Assembly (NCBI GenBank): GCA_016839815.1
Contig: JAEOTM010000079.1
Location: 1 to 55,361, forward strand
DNA length: 55,361 nt
DNA from: Candidatus Hodarchaeota archaeon
GTDB lineage: Archaea; Asgardarchaeota; Heimdallarchaeia; Hodarchaeales; Hodarchaeaceae
Direction of reading: 5' to 3'
Position numbers and translations under genes: made by a program. Numbering within the stretch: position 1 is the stretch's first letter; each line of letters begins with the position of its first letter. This document shows, piece by piece, positions 44,959-54,913 of this stretch. The notes under the pieces were generated by a model. The model did not search any database, had not been told where the DNA came from, and saw only the letters and a list, made by a program, of their open reading frames with translations.

Positions 44959-47574
44959 TTGGATAAGCGAGTGATTGAATGGAATCTCCCCTTGATGGAG
45001 ATATCTAAAGCCTCAAGACATGAAAAAAGTGTAAGACATGGTCACCCAAGCACTTTACACCTCTGGTGGGCTCGTCGTCCACTCGCTAGTTCTAGAGCTA
45101 CTATACTTGCTGCACTACTAGATTTACCCAAATCTAAAGCTGATCAAGATGACATTCTAAGGTTAATCTCAGATATCTCACCATGGAATATAGTGAAAGC
45201 TCCGAATAATCCCCAAATAGAAAGAGGAAGAAAAATAATCAGATCTCATTGGCCATCACATCCTCCCAAAATATTAGACCCCTTTTGTGGAGGTGGTTCA
45301 ATTCCAATGGAAGCAATGAGATTGGGATGTGAAACTTATGCCTCTGATCTGAACCCAGTTGCTGTGTTAATCTCTAAAGCAACTTTAGAATGGCCACACA
45401 CTTGTGGATCAAATAAGCTGGCTGATTTCGTTGCTTATTGGGCTGAAAGGATTCGTGTACAAGTGAATGAGGAACTAAAACAGTTTTATCCAGCAGATTC
45501 TAATGGAAATGTCCCCATTGGTTATCTCTGGGCAAGGACAGTCCCTTGTGCAAATCCAAGATGTGGTAATTCTATTCCATTAATCAAACACTTCTGGTTA
45601 GCTCGGACAAAAACACGACAAATTGCCTACAAACCAATAGTTAACCATGATCCAAAGAATTCTCTTTCATTTATAATCCAGAAAAACGAGGAAATTGATT
45701 TTAATCCATCAGAAGGAACGATTTCAAGAGCTACAGTACGATGTCTCTTTTGTCATCAGGTTATGTCTTCACAAAGGGTTCGAGAATATGCTAAACAGGA
45801 GAAAATCGGTCAAATAATGACTATCGTTATCTTACGTAATCCAATAAAAGCCAAGAAGGTATATCGACCTGCATCAAAGCAGGATCTCAAAACGTATCTC
45901 GAAGCATGTTCTTTTCTATCGGAAAAAATGGAAACTGACAACCAATTTATGGAACTTATTCCAGATGAACGATTACCACCTAAAGGAACTTTAGGGTTTA
46001 GTGTGCAGAATTATGGGCTCCTTAAATGGAAAGATTTGTTTAATAATCGACAATTACTCTCTCTAGTATTCTTTTTAAAAGAAATTAGGACCAGTTTCCC
46101 TTTCATTCGTCAGTGGCTGAAGTCCAACCATCCTAAATCCATTTCAGATGGTAAGGAAATTGATAAGCTAATTATAACCTACCTAGCTATTATCCTGGGA
46201 CGATTGACTGATAAATGTTCGAACCTCGTCATCTACAATGCGTACGGGGAGAAAATTGAGCATGTATTTGGTAGAACAGCTCTTCCAATGGCTTGGGATT
46301 ATGTTGAATTAAATGTGTTTTCAGGTGCCAATGGAGATTGGTCAAAACAGACAGAATGGGTTATTCGATACCTGCAAAATAATTCGTGGGAAGCATCATC
46401 CAATGTGACTGTTGAACAGGCTTCAGCCACAAAGCTGGAGTACCCAAATGATTTCTTTGACGCAGTTATAACGGATCCGCCGTATTATGATAATGTTCCA
46501 TATTCTGATCTTTCTGATTTTTTTTATGTATGGTTTAAACGAGCAGTAGGCGACCTTTATCCCCAATTATTCTCCACTCCCTTGACCCCAAAAGCTTTAG
46601 AAATTGTAGCTAATAAAGGCCGTCAGGAAAACCCAAAAGAATTCTTTGAATCACAGATATCCCAAGCTTTTCAAGAGATTTATCGAGTTCTTTCACCAAA
46701 TGGGATTGCCTTATTTGTTTATGCACATAAATCTACTAAAGGATGGGAGACCATGCTCGGAGCTCTTATCCAAGCAGGGTTTACAATAACTTCGTCTTGG
46801 CCGATTCATACAGAAATGAGAACACGGTTAAGAGCTCGTACCTCTGCAGCATTAGCCTCCTCAATTTATCTTGTATGTCGGAAAGGGAAACAACACCCAG
46901 ATGGTTACTTCCGAGAGATATTAACCAAAGCAGAAATTAACATAAAAACACAGTTAGAACGATATTGGTCAGACGGGATTCGAGGAGGAGACTTCTTTAT
47001 ATCTGCAATTGGCCCCGGAATGGAAATATTTAGTCAGTACAAGGCGATCCAGAAATATTCTGGAGAAAGAGTTTCGATCTCCGATCAACTAATAGAAATT
47101 CGCAAAATATCTACGAACTTTTTATTTCAAATACTAACCAATCTCTCACATGATGTGAAGATTGATGAAACTGGCCAATTTTATCTTGCTTTTCGATGGA
47201 CATATGGAGAATCGATTGTTGACTACGGAGAAGTTCAAGTCCTGGCTCAAGCTTACGGTTTTGATCTAAAACGATTTTCGAGATCTGATGGATTTATTGA
47301 AATATCAGGTTCAAAGGTAACAGTTAAATCAGCGTTACAGCGCTCTGAATTTAATTTGGACCATCCTTCACTTGTTGATATAATGCATCGAACCATTCTT
47401 GCATGGAAAGCGAATGATAAGGAGCTTTTAATGTCCTTGAATAAAACAATACTAAAACCTATCAACAATATTTTTGGTCCATTCTGTCAAGCTGTTGCGG
47501 AATGTTTACCTCCCCATAATCAAGAAAAGCAGTTAATAGAGGGATTGCTTGTGAGCAATTTCCTATCGAGGTGA
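44959..47574 (+). CDS. DUF1156-family DNA adenine methyltransferase with Zn-ribbon inserts
   Basis: TLHLWWARRPLA, LDPFCGGGSIP, SDLNPVA, TDPPYYDN, WPIHTE; CxxxxC and CxxC; start probably TTG 44959. Confidence 0.9.
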   Translation: MDKRVIEWNLPLMEISKASRHEKSVRHGHPSTLHLWWARRPLASSRATILAALLDLPKSKADQDDILRLISDISPWNIVKAPNNPQIERGRKIIRSHWPSHPPKILDPFCGGGSIPMEAMRLGCETYASDLNPVAVLISKATLEWPHTCGSNKLADFVAYWAERIRVQVNEELKQFYPADSNGNVPIGYLWARTVPCANPRCGNSIPLIKHFWLARTKTRQIAYKPIVNHDPKNSLSFIIQKNEEIDFNPSEGTISRATVRCLFCHQVMSSQRVREYAKQEKIGQIMTIVILRNPIKAKKVYRPASKQDLKTYLEACSFLSEKMETDNQFMELIPDERLPPKGTLGFSVQNYGLLKWKDLFNNRQLLSLVFFLKEIRTSFPFIRQWLKSNHPKSISDGKEIDKLIITYLAIILGRLTDKCSNLVIYNAYGEKIEHVFGRTALPMAWDYVELNVFSGANGDWSKQTEWVIRYLQNNSWEASSNVTVEQASATKLEYPNDFFDAVITDPPYYDNVPYSDLSDFFYVWFKRAVGDLYPQLFSTPLTPKALEIVANKGRQENPKEFFESQISQAFQEIYRVLSPNGIALFVYAHKSTKGWETMLGALIQAGFTITSSWPIHTEMRTRLRARTSAALASSIYLVCRKGKQHPDGYFREILTKAEINIKTQLERYWSDGIRGGDFFISAIGPGMEIFSQYKAIQKYSGERVSISDQLIEIRKISTNFLFQILTNLSHDVKIDETGQFYLAFRWTYGESIVDYGEVQVLAQAYGFDLKRFSRSDGFIEISGSKVTVKSALQRSEFNLDHPSLVDIMHRTILAWKANDKELLMSLNKTILKPINNIFGPFCQAVAECLPPHNQEKQLIEGLLVSNFLSR

Positions 47575-47578
47575 CAAT

Positions 47579-48049
47579 TTATTCTTTACGTAATTTCAAT
47601 AATTCGGAATTTATCCTTGTAAGAATGTTTTCTATGACCTTCTGGCTCTTCAACAATGTTGTCAGCTCGTTCTGGATTGTCTTCATTGACGCTTCCATCA
47701 TTGATAACCGATTATCCACATTTGGAAGTAAGGAGTCTGAAACACTTCCTGCCGATAGAGAGGGAGAGGATGATTGTGTAGAGGGACTTGGTGCTGAGGA
47801 TGGAGTACTATAACCACTTGAGCTTGTGGGAGTTTTTTCTTTGTGTGAAGGAGGAGGTCCCATACTTTCCCGATCAGGAATTCCATCAACGAATGATGGA
47901 GCTGGAGGTTCCTCAAAATTACCTTGTAATTCTTTAGGGATAATTGGTTGAATATCTCTCTCCGTTCGATCCGTTAACGATAGATCGCTACCACAATGCG
48001 GGCAAGGAAAACCCATTATATAATTACGACATTTTTTACAAACAGGCAT
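47579..48049 (-). CDS. Zn-ribbon + Ser/Pro-rich linker + coiled-coil protein
   Basis: CKKC..CPHC; SSPS-rich centre; heptads VDNRLSMMEASMKTIQNEL. Confidence 0.7.
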   Translation of the reverse strand: MPVCKKCRNYIMGFPCPHCGSDLSLTDRTERDIQPIIPKELQGNFEEPPAPSFVDGIPDRESMGPPPSHKEKTPTSSSGYSTPSSAPSPSTQSSSPSLSAGSVSDSLLPNVDNRLSMMEASMKTIQNELTTLLKSQKVIENILTRINSELLKLRKE

Positions 48050-48176
48050 TTTTCCACCTTATTTTCGGGTGTAAAAAGGATGAAAATCTTCGAGGAGAAT
48101 ATGATCATTCCTCATTAAAAAAAATACCTAAAAAGAAAGAAAAGAAGGAGAGGGGAGAAAACATTCAAAAGACTGA

Positions 48177-49565
48177 TCACTGAGTAGCCGTGGTTACACG
48201 ACAGTCCTTAACACGAATAGTCGGGACCCATGTAGGTACTTGAACTTCCCACCATTTTACCTGGACACGATCATTACCCATTGCATCAATGTTAGCAAAG
48301 TGACTAAGGATTTTATCGCTGATTCGAAAATTCTTGATCGGAGTTGATAATTCGCCATTTTCAACAATAAAGGCTGCATCGCGCGGGATTGTACTGTATT
48401 CAGTTGATATTCTACTTGTAAATCGAGTGTACCAGTTACACGTAACATAAATGGTTTTACGTGAAGTTTTTAAAAGCTCATCAAAGGTGTGATCTCCATT
48501 GTTAAAAATTACATTTGAGGGAGCTGGAGCCATGATCTTACTGCCCATTCCAAAATTTATAAACGCTCCGTTTCCAGTGCTTTCAGCTTGAAACATGTTG
48601 CCTGTGGTAGTATTATGGATATAACTTTTTAAAATACCTTCACTAAATATTGAGGTGTTAGATCGAGGGGTTCCTTCAATATCAATAGGAGAGGTGGCTA
48701 ATCCTCCAGGTTGAAGTCCATTATCTTCAATATTTACAAAATCAGGAGCAAGTTTTTCTCCCATTTTATCCCCAAGAGAACTACGACCCATCATAATCAT
48801 AAGTGGATTTGCATCAGTAACAATAGTTCCGAGTACATTAGCCGCGACGGCGGGACTCATTATAATATCATAGTTTCCTGCTTCTGCCTGTTGGGCGTTT
48901 GAATGCATTTTGGAAAAACGACCAGCTTTACCAGCAGCAGTAACTAATTTACTTTCCGCTTCATTCGGAATACATCCACAGGCAAGACCTTGACCTGAAG
49001 CATCTAACTCATCTTGAAAGGCTCGTATGGTGAGATTGTAAAAGGTCTTCTTGAAGCTACCAGAAGGTCCAGCGGAGCTAGATAAATAATATGAATTCTT
49101 ACCAAACAGAAACGAACCTGCGATACGCTTTCCACCAGTATTAATAGCTTCATCTATACAGGTGTTGATGACTTGGGGAGCTTTTTCTCTGTAATCTTCG
49201 ATTTGTGGATCAAATTGACCACTTAAGGATGCTGTTTCATGTTTAATGGACTCAACTCCCATAAAGAAGGGACTAGGAGTCATATTCTGAGTAAATTTAA
49301 TTTGAGCGAGAACACGTTCTTTAATGTATGCTTCATCTCTTGGCGAAAAAGAGCCAATAGATACTTGATTTCCTTCAACAACAACCATTAATTCAATTAA
49401 ATCAGATTGCCATTCTTTATTAATATCAATTTTATTTTGAGAAAAACGAATCTGATTATTAACTGATTGAGAACCTAAGACAAGGATTAGATCGACGTTC
49501 TGTTTTTGTCCGATTGAAATTGCATAATCTACAAATGACTGTAACTCATCGTCCATGTTATTCAC
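48177..49565 (-). CDS. tldE: TldE/PmbA family protein
   Basis: IRFSQNKI, DIEG, STGN, WYTRF, ENGELSTPIKNFRISD; no HExxH. Confidence 0.85.
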   Translation of the reverse strand: MNNMDDELQSFVDYAISIGQKQNVDLILVLGSQSVNNQIRFSQNKIDINKEWQSDLIELMVVVEGNQVSIGSFSPRDEAYIKERVLAQIKFTQNMTPSPFFMGVESIKHETASLSGQFDPQIEDYREKAPQVINTCIDEAINTGGKRIAGSFLFGKNSYYLSSSAGPSGSFKKTFYNLTIRAFQDELDASGQGLACGCIPNEAESKLVTAAGKAGRFSKMHSNAQQAEAGNYDIIMSPAVAANVLGTIVTDANPLMIMMGRSSLGDKMGEKLAPDFVNIEDNGLQPGGLATSPIDIEGTPRSNTSIFSEGILKSYIHNTTTGNMFQAESTGNGAFINFGMGSKIMAPAPSNVIFNNGDHTFDELLKTSRKTIYVTCNWYTRFTSRISTEYSTIPRDAAFIVENGELSTPIKNFRISDKILSHFANIDAMGNDRVQVKWWEVQVPTWVPTIRVKDCRVTTATQ

Positions 49566-49566
49566 C

Positions 49567-50988
49567 TTAACCTAACCGAATACCTCGCATTCGTATTGAT
49601 CCCCCTCCAGCATAAACAGGGACTCCTTGTCCTGGGTCAGATTTCCCACATACTCCTGGAAAAGCAAAATTTAGATCCTTTGTTACCCCATCAATTGAAG
49701 AAAAGAGTCCAATAGATGTCAATTCCATCACTGGTCGTCTTACCATGGTTTCTGTTATTTCACCATCTTTGATTTCGTAACATTCAAACCCTACATATTT
49801 GGATTGATACCTTCGATCATCAATATTCCACTCTGTGAAGGATAACATGTAAATTCCGTGCTTTACATCCTCAACTAATTCATCAAATGAAAAATTTCCT
49901 GGTTTCATATAAGTATTAGCCATTCTAATAATCGGTTCTCTATTAAAGTCAGAAGATCGAGAAGAACCATTAGAACCCATTCCGAATTTAACACCAAATT
50001 CTCTATTGAGGAGCGGTTCAGTGATAATACCCTTTTCGATAAGAATCCGTTCACGTGCTTTTACGCCTTCATCATCATAAAGATAGTAACCCCCTGTTCC
50101 TGGAATTGTAGGATCCTCAAGTATCGTAACATGATCTGAACCCACACGAGACTCACCAAGAGTTAAATCACGCCAAAAAGACTCTCCAGCCTGTGCACCT
50201 TCCCTACCAGCGATTCTATCTCCTTCAGAGGGGTGACCTGCATTCTCATGACAAATGATTCCTACAACCTCTGGACCAACTACAAAATCTATTTTTCCAT
50301 TCAATTTATGATCTGACTGAGAAGCAACTTTAGCGATTCGGTTACATTCATTTTCATACTCATCGACCCAAGTTTTTGTTCCTTCCCAACCTGTGCTTCG
50401 TGTAAGATCCACAAAACGCTGTTCCGAGTCTAAAATTCCTTTAGCTGTTACTATTCCATAAAATTTTAGTAGAGACAAATCTGATTCTATTTTAGTCCCC
50501 TCAGAGGTCACTAAGTACTTAGTTAAACTTTGGGATTCGAACATACTAGCACGTGTACTAATCCCAGCTTCTTCTGCAACTTTATCCATTTCTTGTAACT
50601 TTATGATCATAGTTTCACTGGTAACATCTCTTAAATCCTGTTTAGCAGGGACATTCCACTTAGCTACATTTGAAACTGGGGAACCAAAATCAATCTTCTC
50701 CTTAGGATTCGAATTTCTGGCCATTTTCACACTTGAATTAATGGCTTTCTTAACTGCCTTCTTAGTAAGATTATCTACGGAAACAAAGGATAATCCACCA
50801 TTACATAAGACTCTAAATCCAATACCTTTCCATGGAAGTTCTGATCCTGAAATCAAATTCCCATTTTGCAAAACAAAAGCGACTCGTTGCCCATCTATAA
50901 GTCTGGCTTCCGAATAATCTGCTCCTTGTTCACGAGCGTATTCTATCCCAAATTCAGCTAAATCAGCGTACACAGACACACTTTTCAT
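49567..50988 (-). CDS. tldD: TldD family metalloprotease
   Basis: CHENAGHPSEGDRI (HExxGH), YDDEG, PIIRMANT, CGK..PGQ. Confidence 0.9.
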   Translation of the reverse strand: MKSVSVYADLAEFGIEYAREQGADYSEARLIDGQRVAFVLQNGNLISGSELPWKGIGFRVLCNGGLSFVSVDNLTKKAVKKAINSSVKMARNSNPKEKIDFGSPVSNVAKWNVPAKQDLRDVTSETMIIKLQEMDKVAEEAGISTRASMFESQSLTKYLVTSEGTKIESDLSLLKFYGIVTAKGILDSEQRFVDLTRSTGWEGTKTWVDEYENECNRIAKVASQSDHKLNGKIDFVVGPEVVGIICHENAGHPSEGDRIAGREGAQAGESFWRDLTLGESRVGSDHVTILEDPTIPGTGGYYLYDDEGVKARERILIEKGIITEPLLNREFGVKFGMGSNGSSRSSDFNREPIIRMANTYMKPGNFSFDELVEDVKHGIYMLSFTEWNIDDRRYQSKYVGFECYEIKDGEITETMVRRPVMELTSIGLFSSIDGVTKDLNFAFPGVCGKSDPGQGVPVYAGGGSIRMRGIRLG

Positions 50989-51134
50989 CTCTTTGGTTTA
51001 ATTACAAGCAAGTGTAGGTAACAAAGAGAGGAAATCGTCGGGTTTAATTCTGTTTCTTTAAGGTCAATTCTTGTCTTCCCCCGTTTTCTTCATGCGAATG
51101 AGTCTGGAAAAATAATGACTAGTTGCTACGAGTA

Positions 51135-51485
51135 TTAAATTAACATCACATCATAATCCAGTTTAATCCAGTCACGTAACGGAGGATGACCAGATAATTC
51201 GCCTTTGATTAGAAGTCCTTGCCGTTCTGCGCTTTCTAGTGCACCCATCGCCTTCGCGCAGACCTCACACACAGCAAATACTAGTTTTTTCTCTTTTAGT
51301 TGCTCATATTTTTCGTATTGTTTACCCTCGAATTCTGTGATAAACTTACATGCTTCACTCTCAAAAATTACTCCTACATCATAACCCTTCTCTGCTAAAT
51401 CAAGAACGTTTAACAAAATATGAGTAAATATCCCCTTATTGAAGTTAAATAGTACAAATAATTGCTTTCTCATCTTTATCATCAA
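51135..51485 (-). CDS. DsrE-like protein
   Basis: HILLNVLDL..GYDV.VIFE, AVCEVCA..MG, GHP. Confidence 0.75.
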   Translation of the reverse strand: MMIKMRKQLFVLFNFNKGIFTHILLNVLDLAEKGYDVGVIFESEACKFITEFEGKQYEKYEQLKEKKLVFAVCEVCAKAMGALESAERQGLLIKGELSGHPPLRDWIKLDYDVMLI

Positions 51486-51581
51486 ATTTAGTAAATTAAG
51501 ATAATTGAAGGAAAGACTTCTTTAAGTGTTTTACTCCAGATATCTCGAGAAGCAAACCCTCAAAATTAGAAAAAAGAAGAA

Positions 51582-52601
51582 TTAAAGACTTTTTGTAGTA
51601 TTTAATTCATTTTCAATCAATATTGGTGTATCAGCACCGATTATAAGGAGTGAGGAATCATGATCCCGCACAGCCATGACCCAAAGTAATGCTAAAAGTT
51701 CACTGGAGGTCAAATTGAGTTGTTGTCCCATCGCATAATATGCTAGCTTTTCAGCTGTCAGAGTAATATTCATAGCTTGAGCCTGAGCTTCCATTGAAAT
51801 AAGATAAGCTTCTGCATCAGCTTCAGCAGTAAGAACAGTAATATTTGCTTGAGCTTGGGCTTCTATTATCGCAGTTTGGGCTCGTACTATTGCTGCTTCC
51901 TGTTCATACAAAGCGATTTGATATTGTTGTTGTGCGATTTGTACTTGTTTTAAAGCTTCTTCAAATTCGTCAGGTAAATCTATTTCTCTCATTTGGAAAA
52001 AAACAACATCCACAAACATTTCCTGCAAATCAACATCAAGGAGTTGTTCCATGCTTACAGATATCGCTGTTCGATTATTAAAAAATTCAATTGCCGAATA
52101 AAAACTAACGACATCTCTCAATGTTGTTCGTGCTTGGCCGACAAACCGATCTTCATAGTCTAATCCGAATGTACCATACAGATTCAAAATATCATCCTTA
52201 TTGAGACGATAATGAAAAGCTAATTGTATGTGTATCAATAACCCATCTTCTGTTCGCGAATTCAACGGTCCTAATGGGTCTCCTGAACTTCCTAAGGTAT
52301 TAAAAAATTCTACTTTTTGTACTGTTTTGGGAAATTTTATGAATCGATGAAAAATTCCTATGTGGTATAGTCCTTTTTCGTATATTTTGATTTCGATCTT
52401 TTGACTAATTGTATCTTGGTTCAGGCCATACTCATTGTAACCAATTTGTTTGAATGCTAAAAAGAAATATCCTGCGAGAAGACTAGCAAAGAATAAGATT
52501 CCTATTGTGAATCCACCTATGATCTTTATTTTTCTATCAATCTTGATATTTAAATTATTATTACTTGAGTTCACCGTTAATCTGAGTATACTATCATCCA
52601 T
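51582..52601 (-). CDS. SPFH/Band 7 (prohibitin-like) protein
   Basis: N-terminal TM, RTEDGL..YRL, LRDVVS, IDLP..F, Ala/Glu-rich AEADAEA coiled coil. Confidence 0.9.
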   Translation of the reverse strand: MDDSILRLTVNSSNNNLNIKIDRKIKIIGGFTIGILFFASLLAGYFFLAFKQIGYNEYGLNQDTISQKIEIKIYEKGLYHIGIFHRFIKFPKTVQKVEFFNTLGSSGDPLGPLNSRTEDGLLIHIQLAFHYRLNKDDILNLYGTFGLDYEDRFVGQARTTLRDVVSFYSAIEFFNNRTAISVSMEQLLDVDLQEMFVDVVFFQMREIDLPDEFEEALKQVQIAQQQYQIALYEQEAAIVRAQTAIIEAQAQANITVLTAEADAEAYLISMEAQAQAMNITLTAEKLAYYAMGQQLNLTSSELLALLWVMAVRDHDSSLLIIGADTPILIENELNTTKSL

Positions 52602-52729
52602 TTCATTTTTAAATCATGGATTCCAGAATACGAAGCTTTAAAACCCGAATATACTCTTCTATCATAATTATATAAAAGAAAACTCTTTTTAGCCTTAGAA
52701 GAGTATCATTTCGAGAGGAAAGATCAACA

Positions 52730-53266
52730 TTGACTGGACAAATTTCAGATACACTGAATTTTAAGAATGAAGAGTATGATATCGCGGGGATCAAAGGAGA
52801 TGATTTATTTAATCCCGAATTTCAAGGAATTAACCTTTATTCACAGACCACAGCTTGCTGGAGAGGTTTCAGCCTATATTATGAGGTAATCGATCAAGTT
52901 CTGGTTTTACAGGGAATTTTACTCAATACTAAGGATGATCCAATTCCAATAAACAATAAATTTCCTATTAAAGCAGAAAAATACTCATTTGATTACATAT
53001 ACAATGATCTCGACTATAAATCCGACTTTACTGGGAAACTTCTTATAGCTAAGGATTTTATTCAAGAACTATATGTCCATATGGGGTTCCAAGCTCCAAC
53101 CTCTTACAAATTGGTAATAGAATTGGAATTAAAGGATGGAAGAATTATTTCTACAAAAGATATATCTGAAAAAATGGAACATTGGAGAACCCATGAAATG
53201 GGTGAGGAGGAGGAACCAGAGAATGTGCAAGGATGGATTGAGGAGAAATTCTCTAGAGATTTTTAG
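52730..53266 (+). CDS. Conserved hypothetical protein
   Basis: TGQISD, TACWRGF, YVHMGF motifs; GAGG SD-like motif before the TTG start. Confidence 0.7.
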   Translation: MTGQISDTLNFKNEEYDIAGIKGDDLFNPEFQGINLYSQTTACWRGFSLYYEVIDQVLVLQGILLNTKDDPIPINNKFPIKAEKYSFDYIYNDLDYKSDFTGKLLIAKDFIQELYVHMGFQAPTSYKLVIELELKDGRIISTKDISEKMEHWRTHEMGEEEEPENVQGWIEEKFSRDF

Positions 53267-53368
53267 CCGAATGAATGCATAGCGTGTTTTAAATATTCAG
53301 ATAAAAGAAAAAATCTCCCTCAAACACTATTTATCTGGTGTGTGAACATAGAGAAAAGAAAATTAATA

Positions 53369-53581
53369 TTACCTTTGTCTTAATATCTTAAGGACAGTAC
53401 CAGGTGCAATAAACAATATTAAAAAGAAAAGACCCAGAATAGTCAGTAGGATACCTATAATAATAAGGAAGAACATGTCGTTAGGATCAAGAACTTCGGT
53501 ACCAAGGTATATACACCCCACACCAATAATAAGACTCAATAAACCGACAAGTAAGAACTTTCGTAATTCTTTTCTACTCAT
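53369..53581 (-). CDS. Small two-TM membrane protein
   Basis: Two hydrophobic helices flanked by basic ends. Confidence 0.6.
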   Translation of the reverse strand: MSRKELRKFLLVGLLSLIIGVGCIYLGTEVLDPNDMFFLIIIGILLTILGLFFLILFIAPGTVLKILRQR

Positions 53582-53749
53582 TAGAAACCACTCTCAAAAT
53601 ATAACTTAAAGAAATGAGATTCTGTATATATAATTTGTCATTAATCAATATATTCCAATTTTAATGCTGAATTATACATTCAAGCAAGCAAGAAGGTTTT
53701 TAGAATATAAATATAGATTTTTTTAATAAAGAATAAAAAAACAGCGTAA

Positions 53750-53902
53750 TTAATGCCAGTTCCACTGAATTCGTCTTAGTTCATCAGACGAAATTTTGGG
53801 TTCTTTGCCATATTTACGCTCTAGATAATCATCTGGATCATTCGAAAAATTATCCATTTCTTTTTTTCGTGTTTTTTTGGGTATTTGTTTAGGAGGAATC
53901 AT
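53750..53902 (-). CDS. Small hypothetical protein (50 aa, not in ORF track)
   Basis: MIPPKQIPKKTRKKEMDNFSNDPDDYLERKYGKEPKISSDELRRIQWNWH*; T-tract downstream on the minus strand. Confidence 0.45.
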   Translation of the reverse strand: MIPPKQIPKKTRKKEMDNFSNDPDDYLERKYGKEPKISSDELRRIQWNWH

Positions 53903-54066
53903 ATATAATTAATTTCTGTTTGAAACATTTAAATTTGAAAGTGACAGAGATAAGTGAAAATGGCTAATTTTGTCTATTTGGAGTAAATCTTAGTAAAAAT
54001 GACACAATTTCAATGACTAATTTTGTTATCAATGAGTATAGAGAATGGTAATGTGTGTGTGAAATT

Positions 54067-54204
54067 ATGCCACGGAAAGGGAAAGGGGTTCAAAGAATAT
54101 TACGTGAAGAAAGACGACTCCGAGAGAAAGAAAAACAGAGAAAAAAGTTCTGGCGTTGGAAAAAAACTGAATCGATGAGGAAGGAAGAAAATGAGACTGG
54201 ATGA
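54067..54204 (+). CDS. Small highly basic protein (45 aa, not in ORF track)
   Basis: MPRKGKGVQRILREERRLREKEKQRKKFWRWKKTESMRKEENETG*; GTGTGA SD-like motif; overlaps the next gene's start by 14 bp. Confidence 0.55.
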   Translation: MPRKGKGVQRILREERRLREKEKQRKKFWRWKKTESMRKEENETG

Positions 54205-54913
54205 ATGGCTTGTTAAACAGGGATTATTTACCTCAAGGTCGAGAGCTCACCGTTTTATTCGAAATAATGGAGTAAGTGTCAACAAAAGGCCATGTATAAA
54301 ACCTGCTTATCTGGTGAAACAAACAGATAATATAAATTTGGATAAAGATAAATTAGAGGAATTTAATAAGCCTCTTGGATACCAAAAATTGAAATATTTT
54401 GTTAACCAATTAAATATAAAATTTTATTCAACTGATTCCGTTTTAGACATAGGTGCTAGTGCTGGAGGTTTTTGTCAGTTCATTCTTGAACAAAATATCA
54501 AACAACTTCATGCTATTGAGATTTCTCCTCAATTTGAACCCAATCTTAAATTATTGGAAGATAAAAATACCAATTTTTCTTACCATATCAAAGATATCTT
54601 CTCCACACTTCCAACTTTAAGAGGCCAAAAATATAACCTTGTAACTATAGATCTCACAGTTGACCCCATATTTCTTCTAGATCAAATTACACTCTTATTA
54701 AGCCTGGTTACTTCTTCTGAAAATCCAGCTCGCGTCCTATGTATGATAAAAATTGAAAATCCTAAAGAGACAAAAAAGATACTCAATGAATATGACCTTG
54801 AGATAAGAAAAACAATTCAGAATATCAACCAACTCATCTTTCTCGACTCCCTTCCAGAAAAAAACGAAAAAGCAATGTATTTAGAATTTTGGATAAATAC
54901 TAACAAACTTTGA
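54191..54913 (+). CDS. TlyA-like S4 domain + FtsJ-type RNA methyltransferase
   Basis: MRLDEWL..SRSRA S4 domain; GYQKL, VLDIGASAGGF, TIDL, MIK, terminal E. Confidence 0.85.
   Translation: MRLDEWLVKQGLFTSRSRAHRFIRNNGVSVNKRPCIKPAYLVKQTDNINLDKDKLEEFNKPLGYQKLKYFVNQLNIKFYSTDSVLDIGASAGGFCQFILEQNIKQLHAIEISPQFEPNLKLLEDKNTNFSYHIKDIFSTLPTLRGQKYNLVTIDLTVDPIFLLDQITLLLSLVTSSENPARVLCMIKIENPKETKKILNEYDLEIRKTIQNINQLIFLDSLPEKNEKAMYLEFWINTNKL

Noticed and set aside
268-52794. Short 60-120 aa ORFs in the track that overlap longer genes (e.g. 268, 3712, 7623, 18809, 20633, 27583, 31135, 36424, 46743, 50603)
   Set aside because: Nested in or antisense to well-supported CDS and carry no motifs
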